Shown: one piece after another, positions 1 to 7,662 of the stretch
Layout: each line of letters begins with the position of its first letter
Position numbering within the stretch: the stretch's first letter is position 1
DNA from: Bdellovibrionia bacterium
Lineage (GTDB): Bacteria > Bdellovibrionota > UBA1018
Assembly (NCBI GenBank): GCA_049424145.1
Contig: JBMSSC010000044.1
Coordinates: 1-18,809 of the forward strand
Reading direction: 5' to 3'
DNA: 18,809 nucleotides
Position numbers and translations under genes: made by a program
Notes under the pieces: model-generated
Database searches by the model: none
Told to the model about the DNA's origin: nothing
The model's input: only the letters and a program-made list of their open reading frames with translations

Positions 1-1
1 C

Positions 2-853
2 ATCTTAACGCGCTTGGAGCAACCCAAGAAGGCGAATCTCTCGTTGCTTCAAAAACTGAAACTCTATGATGGGAAAACCTTAACGGGATACACTGAAGAT
101 AACGTCAAGGAGCTCAGAAAAGAAGCCATTCGTGAGGGGTTAGAGGGGATCAGTCCTCGTTACATTCAGGATAAAATCTCCAATGCTCTCGTCAATGACA
201 AGGGAGGGGAGATTGGTTGCGTCAATCCATTTATGGTGATGAATGAGCTGGATGGGGGATTAAAAAACCATGCGCTCATTGGAAGCGATGAGAAGCGACG
301 CGAGTACAAAGACCTCTTGGCCGTGGTTAAGCAGGAGTACGAGGATATCGTAAAAAATGAAGTCCAGCGCGCCATTTCGGCCGATGAGGATTCCATTGCT
401 AAGCTCTGTGCGAACTACATTGATCATGTCAAAGCCTACACCCAGCGGGAGAAGGTCAAAAACAAGTACACCGGGCAGGATGAGGAACCCGATGAGAGAC
501 TGATGCGCTCGATTGAAGATAAGATCGATATCCCTGAAAGTCGTAAGGATGACTTTAGGCGTGAGATCATGAACTACATTGGAGCGCTCGCCATTGAAGG
601 TCGTACGTTTGATTACAAAACCAATGAGCGTCTGCACAAGGCTCTGGAGTTGAAACTTTTTGAAGATCAAAAAGACACCATTAAGCTCACTTCGTTAGTT
701 TCTAACGTGGTGGATCGCTCCACCCAGGAGAAGATCGATGTGGTGAAGACTCGATTAGTGAAGAACTACGGGTACTGCGAGATCTGCTCAACGGATGTCC
801 TGAATTTTGTGGCCAGTATTTTTGCCAGAGGGGACGTGAAAAAACGGACATGA
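2..853 (+). CDS. prkA: PrkA/YeaG-family AAA+ ATPase/serine kinase, C-terminal part (5' end outside window)
   Basis: Frame is open from base 2 (ILTRLEQPK...). Typical PrkA C-terminal motifs: [44 protein letters not shown]. Stop overlaps the next start (ATGA, 850-853). Canonical synteny with yeaH-spoVR. Confidence 0.95.
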   Translation: MLTRLEQPKKANLSLLQKLKLYDGKTLTGYTEDNVKELRKEAIREGLEGISPRYIQDKISNALVNDKGGEIGCVNPFMVMNELDGGLKNHALIGSDEKRREYKDLLAVVKQEYEDIVKNEVQRAISADEDSIAKLCANYIDHVKAYTQREKVKNKYTGQDEEPDERLMRSIEDKIDIPESRKDDFRREIMNYIGALAIEGRTFDYKTNERLHKALELKLFEDQKDTIKLTSLVSNVVDRSTQEKIDVVKTRLVKNYGYCEICSTDVLNFVASIFARGDVKKRT

Positions 854-1959
854 TCTACAATATTAAGCGTGATCACGCCCGGTTTCGATCGATTGTTAAA
901 GGGAAGATCAAGCAGGATCTCAAAAAATACGTCACCCATGGGGAAATGATCGGGCGCAAGGGGAAGGACTTAGTCAGTATCCCCTTGCCGCAGATTGACA
1001 TCCCACGCTTCCGCTTCGGAGATCGGGATCAGGGTGGCGTGGGTCAGGGAGAGGGTAATCCCGGGGATCCGATTGGTCAGGGGGATCCTGAGCCGGGTCA
1101 AGGGGAAGCAGGCGATCAACCCGGGAAGCACTCGCTTGAGGTGGATTTAAGCGTCGAGGAGTTAGCTGATATTTTAGGTGAGCAATTGGAGTTGCCTAAG
1201 ATTGAGCCCCGGGGCCATAAGACGCTCAAATCCAAGACGGAGAAGTACACGGGCATTGCCAACTCAGGGCCCAACTCCTTGAGGCATTTTAAGCGCACCT
1301 TTCGTGAGACCCTCAGGCGCCAGATTGCCTCAGGCGTCTACAATCCCGATCAACCCGTCATCATCCCCATTCGAAAAGACATGCGGTTTCGCTCCTGGAA
1401 AACCTCCGTTCGCCACGAGAACAACGCCGTAATTATCTATATGATGGACGTCTCAGGGTCGATGGGGGATGAGCAAAAGGAGATCGTTCGAACCGAAGCG
1501 TTTTGGATCGATACTTGGCTTCGCTCCCAGTACAAAGGGATTGAAACTCGTTACATCATCCATGATGCCACGGCGCGAGAGGTGGATGAGGAGACCTTCT
1601 TTAAAACGCGGGAGTCGGGAGGAACCCTCATTAGCTCAGCCTACAAGCTGTGTGAAAAAATCATTGAGACGGATTATCCCCCTTCGGATTGGAACATTTA
1701 TCCCTTTCACTTCTCAGACGGGGATAATTGGTCGGGAGAGGATACGCGGTTTTGTCTGGACCTTCTGGAGAAGTCCTTGCTTCAGGTGTGTAACGTATTT
1801 TGTTACGGTCAAGTGGAGTCTCGATACGGTTCCGGACAGTTTTATAAGGACTTAAGGGAGCACTTTGGTGTGCAGCATGACTCCGTGATTCTCTCTAAGA
1901 TTGAAAACAAAGAGGGAATTCTTCAATCCATTAAAGAGTTTCTCGGCAAGGGGAAATAA
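850..1959 (+). CDS. yeaH: YeaH/YhbH (DUF444, UPF0229) family protein with vWA-like domain
   Basis: N-terminal DHARFR..IK, Gly-rich GVGQGEG linker, MIDAS-like [33 protein letters not shown]. Lies between prkA and spoVR. Confidence 0.95.
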   Translation: MIYNIKRDHARFRSIVKGKIKQDLKKYVTHGEMIGRKGKDLVSIPLPQIDIPRFRFGDRDQGGVGQGEGNPGDPIGQGDPEPGQGEAGDQPGKHSLEVDLSVEELADILGEQLELPKIEPRGHKTLKSKTEKYTGIANSGPNSLRHFKRTFRETLRRQIASGVYNPDQPVIIPIRKDMRFRSWKTSVRHENNAVIIYMMDVSGSMGDEQKEIVRTEAFWIDTWLRSQYKGIETRYIIHDATAREVDEETFFKTRESGGTLISSAYKLCEKIIETDYPPSDWNIYPFHFSDGDNWSGEDTRFCLDLLEKSLLQVCNVFCYGQVESRYGSGQFYKDLREHFGVQHDSVILSKIENKEGILQSIKEFLGKGK

Positions 1960-1963
1960 CCAT

Positions 1964-3472
1964 ATGGCTCAGGGTGATTTTTATAGTAGCGAGTTACCTC
2001 CTGAACTGCTGAAGATCCGGGATCAGATCCGAAAGTACGCCGAAGGCTATGGACTGGACTTCTTCGATGTCATCTTTGAAATGGTCGATTCGGATCAAAT
2101 CAATTCCCTGGCGGCGTTAGGCGGCTTTCCGGTTCGCTACCCTCATTGGCGCTTTGGGATGGATTACGATCAGCTCTCCAAAGGCTACACGTGGGGCTTA
2201 CAAAAGATCTACGAGATGGTGATTAACACGAACCCATCTTATGCCTATTTAATGAAGTCCAATAATATCGTGGATCAGAAGACAGTGATGGCCCACGTCT
2301 TTGGGCATGTGGATTTTTTCAAAAACAACACCTGGTTCTCCAAAACGAATCGCAAAATGCTCGATCAAATGGCCAATCACGCCGTGAAGATCCGAAATTA
2401 TATGGATCGTTATGGTCAGGACAAAGTGGAGGGCTTCATTGATTCCTGCTTAGCCATTGAGAATCTCATTGATCCCTACTTGCCGTTTTCAGGGGTCAAG
2501 CGCTCAGGCTCAGCTCAGGATGAGGCTGAGGCAGAGACTTCGGCTCGGGTCGGGAGAATCCGAACGGATCGCCCCTACATGGAGCAGTACATGAATCCTC
2601 CGGAGTTCTTAGAGGAACAAAGAAAGCGTCTGGATCAGGAGGCTCGAAAAACCAAGAAGAACCCTCCTTCACCGGAGAAGGATGTGCTGGCTTTTTTACT
2701 TCAGTACGCGCCCCTGGAGAGTTGGGAGCAGGATATTTTATCCATGCTTCGGGATGAGGCTTATTACTTTGCCCCTCAGGCCCAGACGAAGATCATGAAC
2801 GAGGGCTGGGCCTCCTATTGGCATTCTCGCATCATGACTGAAAAAGCGTTGAAAGATTCTGAGATCATTGATTTCTGTGATCACCACGCAGGCACCCTGG
2901 CCATGCAGCCGGGTCGGATTAATCCCTATAAAGTGGGCATTGAACTGTTTCGAGACATTGAAGACCGCTGGAATCGCGGGAAGTTCGGAAAACAGTACGA
3001 TGAGTGTGATGACATGAGAGCCAAGGCCAATTGGGATCAAAAGCTAGGCCTAGGACAGAAGAAGATTTTTGAGGTTAGGCGGGTCTGCAATGATGTGACC
3101 TTCATTGATGAGTACCTCACCGAAGAGTTCGTCGAGCGCTTTCAGCTGTACACCTATGCCTTTAATCGCAGAACGAATCAGTACGAAATCGCAGATCGGG
3201 ATTTTAAAAAGGTGAAAGAAAAACTCCTTTTTCAGCTCACCAACTTAGGGCAGCCCTTCATCTATGTGGTGGATGGGAATTTTCAGAACAAAGGGGAGCT
3301 GCTGTTGCTTCACAAACACCAAGGCTTGGATTTGGACGTCAAGTGGTCACGAGAGACCATGAGAGCCCTAAGTGAGATTTGGAAGCGCCCGGTGAACGTT
3401 GAGACGGAAGTCGATACGCAGAAGAAGCTGTTTACCTATCAAAATTCCGAGTTCTCTGAGCGATTTCTATGA
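1964..3472 (+). CDS. spoVR: SpoVR/YcgB family protein
   Basis: Hallmark motifs GGFPVRYPHWRFG, IYEMVIN, HVFGHVDFFKNN, YYFAPQAQTKIMNEGWASYWH, NPYKVG. ATG at 1964 (4 nt after the yeaH stop, AAGGGG upstream) preferred over TTG 1901. Confidence 0.96.
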   Translation: MAQGDFYSSELPPELLKIRDQIRKYAEGYGLDFFDVIFEMVDSDQINSLAALGGFPVRYPHWRFGMDYDQLSKGYTWGLQKIYEMVINTNPSYAYLMKSNNIVDQKTVMAHVFGHVDFFKNNTWFSKTNRKMLDQMANHAVKIRNYMDRYGQDKVEGFIDSCLAIENLIDPYLPFSGVKRSGSAQDEAEAETSARVGRIRTDRPYMEQYMNPPEFLEEQRKRLDQEARKTKKNPPSPEKDVLAFLLQYAPLESWEQDILSMLRDEAYYFAPQAQTKIMNEGWASYWHSRIMTEKALKDSEIIDFCDHHAGTLAMQPGRINPYKVGIELFRDIEDRWNRGKFGKQYDECDDMRAKANWDQKLGLGQKKIFEVRRVCNDVTFIDEYLTEEFVERFQLYTYAFNRRTNQYEIADRDFKKVKEKLLFQLTNLGQPFIYVVDGNFQNKGELLLLHKHQGLDLDVKWSRETMRALSEIWKRPVNVETEVDTQKKLFTYQNSEFSERFL

Positions 3473-5427
3473 GGCCAATTGGGACTTTCTGAGTGGCTTA
3501 AGTGGGAGACCACACAGAAGGGATCAGTGGGGAAGTACCGGCAAAGTCGGTCTTGAAGTTTTTGGAGCCGTTTTTCTTTCAGCGCAAGCTCCGCTTGAAG
3601 GTGCTTGATTTCCTTTTCTCGGTCTTGGTGATCTTGTTTCATTTGGCGAGAGATGCTTTTTAGGGCTTGAAGCATGAGGGGGCTCATTTGATCATAGTTG
3701 ACGGAGAATTGAACGCCGGCGGGACTGATGAAGCCGTGCTCATCCTGAGTCTCCACTAAGTCGGGGTGGTTGGGGGACGGGGTTTTTGAGACCATCGTGT
3801 CAAATCCTAAGCGGAGAAGATCTTGAGCCATTAACCCGTACTGAGTTTCCTGGCTGTGCTTCCATTTGAATCGTTTGGGCTGAACCTGTTCCACGAAGTG
3901 CAAAGCCACTTGCTCATCAATGGGTTGGATATCGGTTTTGAGTCTACGATCGGAGGTTTCATTAAAGCTTGAGGCTTTGATCTTACCTTGGGCGTTTACG
4001 GAAGTGTAATTGATCAGACTGTCTACGGCGTCGATTTGGAGAGGAAAAGAGGGATTAGCATCGCTCCCAATACTGACCCATCCTGCTTCTGTGATTTTAA
4101 AAAGCTGGGTGGATCCCTTGGAGATTAAAAACGGTGGGATCGTCGCTCCGGAGGGAAGGGCCAGGGTGAGTGAGGCGACTTTTCCGGTGGGCACGTCATT
4201 GGAATTTCCAATCAGAACTTGGCTGCCCCCATTTTCTGAAGCGGCGTCGGTATTGAGGGCTGGAAAATGAGCCGTGCCATTGACGTCGAGTTTGGCATCA
4301 GGATTTTTCTTTTGGACGCCCACCCCTGCGGCGGTGATGGAAAGGCCCAGGGTATTTCCCGTGCCGGGTGTCGTCGAACCGCCGCTTGTGGCACTGGAGT
4401 TGAGAAAAAAATCACTGCCATTTCCAGAATCATTATTGGCATTCTTATGTCTAGATCGAATGAAGTGCCGAAATCCTCCGCTTTCTGACTGCAAGGCAAG
4501 AGCGGGGTACCCATCGCTCCCAGCAGCATTGGAGCCGGACTGGATGTCAATTTGCCCAAGCGGTGTCTGGGTTCCTATCCCTAAGTAGCCTTGGGAGTTC
4601 AATCGCATCCATTCCGAGGAGCCTCTACCGAAGCGGATGATTCCGTTCATATCCGTCACACTAGAGTAGGCGCTTAAGTCTATGAATACTTTTTTTGCGG
4701 CATTTGATCCTCCGCCTGCGCTGAGTCTTAGAAATCCATCATCGGCGGTGGGGCCTGTGCCGGAGTAGCCTGAGATTTCCCCAGGAATCCGCAAGGAGCT
4801 GATGGCGGGTCGAGGGTCACTGGAGGTTAATCCGGAGTTGATGAGGAGGGAGGCTTGATTCGAGGCTGTGGAGTCTAAGTGGAGGGTTCCTAAAACGTCC
4901 AATGGCATGGATGGATTGGTCGTTTTAATGCCGACATAGCCCGTGAGACTTGAGATGGTCAGATCAGGAGTGAATCCGCTTTCTACACTCAGATAAGCGG
5001 GAGTTGTACCATCATAGGGCCAGTTCACAAGCGTCGTGATCCTTCCAAGACTTAAGTCTTCACCGCTTTGATTGCTGGTGAACACTCGGGTTCCAAGCCC
5101 TGTGAACTTGGCAATCCCATAGTTGTAGTTGTAAAGCGAGATCATCGCTTGCTGGGAGTTGGGGTCACCGGTATAAAACACGGACTGACCTCCCACTCTT
5201 AAATCCCCTTGAACGTCAAGGCGCTCGTTTGGATTGGTAGTTCCGATTCCTGCGTTTTTTAGGGACGGATAAAATTGGCTGTTGGCACTGGTGTAGGGAT
5301 CAGGCAAGGTGCTGTCCATGATGATGGGGAAGGTGGTATCAGCAAAACTCCTGGCACTCCCACACAGGAGTAATCCTAGCAGCGTCAGAGCAACAAGAGG
5401 AATTTGAAGCGAAATTTTTGTTCGCAC
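3439..5427 (-). CDS. Secreted trimeric tail-fibre-like adhesin with C-terminal Peptidase S74 intramolecular chaperone (fibre A)
   Basis: Sec signal (MRTK...LLLCGSARSFA). Repeated GxxGIGTxxP...LDVxG fibre repeats. TSDRRLK autocleavage motif at 3937-3954, then FKWK, YGLMAQD, VNYDQM, a coiled coil and LCRYFPTDPFC. GTG start. Confidence 0.88.
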   Translation of the reverse strand: MRTKISLQIPLVALTLLGLLLCGSARSFADTTFPIIMDSTLPDPYTSANSQFYPSLKNAGIGTTNPNERLDVQGDLRVGGQSVFYTGDPNSQQAMISLYNYNYGIAKFTGLGTRVFTSNQSGEDLSLGRITTLVNWPYDGTTPAYLSVESGFTPDLTISSLTGYVGIKTTNPSMPLDVLGTLHLDSTASNQASLLINSGLTSSDPRPAISSLRIPGEISGYSGTGPTADDGFLRLSAGGGSNAAKKVFIDLSAYSSVTDMNGIIRFGRGSSEWMRLNSQGYLGIGTQTPLGQIDIQSGSNAAGSDGYPALALQSESGGFRHFIRSRHKNANNDSGNGSDFFLNSSATSGGSTTPGTGNTLGLSITAAGVGVQKKNPDAKLDVNGTAHFPALNTDAASENGGSQVLIGNSNDVPTGKVASLTLALPSGATIPPFLISKGSTQLFKITEAGWVSIGSDANPSFPLQIDAVDSLINYTSVNAQGKIKASSFNETSDRRLKTDIQPIDEQVALHFVEQVQPKRFKWKHSQETQYGLMAQDLLRLGFDTMVSKTPSPNHPDLVETQDEHGFISPAGVQFSVNYDQMSPLMLQALKSISRQMKQDHQDREKEIKHLQAELALKEKRLQKLQDRLCRYFPTDPFCVVSHLSHSESPNWPHRNRSENSEF

Positions 5428-5433
5428 ATCGTT

Positions 5434-5461
5434 TTTTCGGAAAAACTGGGAAAAAAATTGA
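5434..5461 (-). promoter_or_regulatory. Putative sigma28 (FliA)-type promoter of fibre A
   Basis: Minus strand TCAA-tttttttcccagtttt-TCCGAAAA (16-nt spacer), ending 6 nt before the GTG. A second -10-like TCCGATAC lies at 5471-5478. Confidence 0.5.
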
Positions 5462-5505
5462 ATTTTTTAAGTATCGGAAATCTTGATTTTTTTTGTTTTT
5501 TTCCT

Positions 5506-7662
5506 TCAGTTAGCCTGGATGTTGAAATCGTCGCTAGATGGCTTGTGCTTTGAGACGGGGTTGCCACTTTCTGAGCTGCGGGGGCTTTTGAGGGATCGCT
5601 TCTGCTCGGCTTCTATGAATTGACGAATGGGCAAAAGTTGACTCAGAATTGGGGTGATATCGACGTAATCCGGATCCTTGGAAAATTCTCTTTTTTCTGA
5701 ACCCAAGAGGAGTGCCCTGGCTTGACTGGTGTACTCCAGAGGTTTGTTCGTGAGGATTCCGCTATCGAGCACTTGTTCGTCGGTTCCATAGGAGTTGATG
5801 CGGTTTTGAGGGTTCCTAATTCTCTCAATCCAAACTCGACCTTCTTGGTCTTTCGCCATATGCCATTCTAAGGGCTTTCCGTTCAGAGAACTGTGAAAAA
5901 CTTGGACTGTGGTTTCACCCAAGAGACTGTGATCAAATCGGTAGGTCCGATCGGGGGCTTGATTGAAGTTCGGGATAAATCCTTGGATCGCTTCGTCGTT
6001 GAAGCGTTGATTGAGAGTTTCAATGTAGTGGGTGAAGTTCTTTTTGGGTTGATCTTCAATACTTTTAAAAGTCGAGTTAGAAAAAATACGGGCACACATC
6101 AGGTCTGTTGCTTGAGTTAATAGGGAACGTCCAAGAGGGTTGCTTGTAGCCTTGGCGTAGTCTTGAGCAAGGTCACACTCAAAGCAATCTCCTGGTGTGC
6201 ACTCTTGGAAGATCTTCAGGAGTTGGCTTTCTGCTTGATTCTTTGATTCTTCTTTAAAGTGGTTCGAGTTTCTTCGGAAAGGATGGAGCTCGTTTTTCGA
6301 GTTTGGGTCGGGCCAGTAAAAATGAGAATAGACTTCATTTTCTTGGTCTTCTGTGAGGCGCTCTTTGGGTCGGGTTTCAAGTTTTTGGAGAGCATGAATA
6401 ATGTCTTGGTGAGGCTTGGTTTCTTGAGTGTAATGAATTTTATTTCCTTTTGAATATCCATGTTCTGTAATTTGTGGGCAGGATCTCCATCCACCGTCAC
6501 TTCTTGATTTATAGAACAATCGGGGAACAAATAGCTTTTGACCTTCATGTTCAATTTCTGTGTAGAGAATGACGTGAGGTCGTTGTGAACCTTCGAGGAT
6601 TCCTGTTGTGTAGAAAGTCCGATTTCCAATGATGATTTTATCTTTTGGGTCGAGCTGGGTGAGGTTCAGTTTCATCAGCTCATTTAAAATAAATGACTGA
6701 TTCTGATCTTTGAGTTTGGCTGTGATGGCTTTGATTTCAGGGTCGTGCTCAGGCTCTTGGTTAGATGGGGTTTTCTTTTTGTTTCGTTGAAACGCACGAA
6801 AAGCTCGTTGAATCCGAAGCGCCGCTTGTTCTTCGCTGAGTACGGGGCACGACGAAGAGAGGAGTGCACGGGGAGTGGAATGATTGATCTGTTCGACGCT
6901 TTTTATGGCCGTTTCAATGGGGTTTTCAGGTTTTTCTATGGGGTGTGCAGAGGGTTTCTCAGGCTGCTTCAAATGCTCAGAGTAGGTCGTGAGGAAGGTT
7001 GAGTAGTGCTGGGCAATCAACTCGGGGTCAGGACGATGAGAGGCGCACTGCTGGGCAACTGCTGAGAGTGAATCTCGGCTGGGTTTGAGCGGATCGCTAT
7101 TCAGTGTTTTTGTGAACTCTTGGGTTAATCCTGCATAAGCTTTCAGGGCTGTTGGTTGGTTGAGTTGATCTCGGTAGGCTTCAACCGAGGGGATGAGGGG
7201 GTGATGGGGAGCTAATTCTTTTAAAAGTTGCACATAGGAGTTGAGAACTAAAGTGTGATCCGATCGAGGATCAGAAATGACTTGGATGAAGCGAGATGCT
7301 TGAGAATCCGTGGCGGAGGCCTTAGCCCATGCTGAAATACTTTCTTTGTACCTATCCCAGATTTCTTCGGTGGAAAGGGAGGCGTAGGCTATGGATAAAA
7401 TCCAGGTTTCAGGGATCAAAAGTCGTCCCCAGCGGGAGTGATTTCTGGGCCTCGTTTGGTCGCCACGGGGAGGTCGCTTTAGGGAGTTCAAAGGAGGCGG
7501 CGGTAGCGGCGGAGGTAAAAAGTACTTTTGGGTCTTTGAGTCTGAGAGTGGGGTCGAGCGAGGGAGGGTGGCTAAGCTGGGTTCTTCAGAACCCAAGAGG
7601 ATCATGAGGCTCAAGATCATGAACTTCTTGAGGCAAAAGTGGGGGTTAGAAAAAGGGTTCAT
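5506..7662 (-). CDS. Secreted hypothetical protein (~718 aa) with poly-Pro tract, IQ-like motif and unknown C-terminal domain
   Basis: Long ORF. ATG at 7662 overlaps the stop of the upstream fibre (ATGA). KKFMILSLMILLG...SLA signal peptide, FLPPPLPPPPL, AALRIQRAFRAFQRNKK. Confidence 0.85.
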   Translation of the reverse strand: MNPFSNPHFCLKKFMILSLMILLGSEEPSLATLPRSTPLSDSKTQKYFLPPPLPPPPLNSLKRPPRGDQTRPRNHSRWGRLLIPETWILSIAYASLSTEEIWDRYKESISAWAKASATDSQASRFIQVISDPRSDHTLVLNSYVQLLKELAPHHPLIPSVEAYRDQLNQPTALKAYAGLTQEFTKTLNSDPLKPSRDSLSAVAQQCASHRPDPELIAQHYSTFLTTYSEHLKQPEKPSAHPIEKPENPIETAIKSVEQINHSTPRALLSSSCPVLSEEQAALRIQRAFRAFQRNKKKTPSNQEPEHDPEIKAITAKLKDQNQSFILNELMKLNLTQLDPKDKIIIGNRTFYTTGILEGSQRPHVILYTEIEHEGQKLFVPRLFYKSRSDGGWRSCPQITEHGYSKGNKIHYTQETKPHQDIIHALQKLETRPKERLTEDQENEVYSHFYWPDPNSKNELHPFRRNSNHFKEESKNQAESQLLKIFQECTPGDCFECDLAQDYAKATSNPLGRSLLTQATDLMCARIFSNSTFKSIEDQPKKNFTHYIETLNQRFNDEAIQGFIPNFNQAPDRTYRFDHSLLGETTVQVFHSSLNGKPLEWHMAKDQEGRVWIERIRNPQNRINSYGTDEQVLDSGILTNKPLEYTSQARALLLGSEKREFSKDPDYVDITPILSQLLPIRQFIEAEQKRSLKSPRSSESGNPVSKHKPSSDDFNIQAN

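Noticed and set aside
1020..1130. Repetitive GGGGATCC/GGTCAG sequence
   Set aside because: It encodes the normal Gly-rich linker of YeaH and is not a DNA repeat element or CRISPR.
1901..1963. TTG-initiated N-terminal extension of SpoVR
   Set aside because: It overlaps yeaH by 59 nt. ATG 1964 has an SD and fits the family start.
2..3472. spoVR/prkA as evidence of sporulation or a novel system
   Set aside because: prkA-yeaH-spoVR is widespread in non-sporulating bacteria, so this is ordinary.
6420..6525. R..SxS..QE pattern suggesting an ADP-ribosyltransferase
   Set aside because: Spacing is far tighter than in R-S-E ARTs. It cannot be supported without structure prediction.
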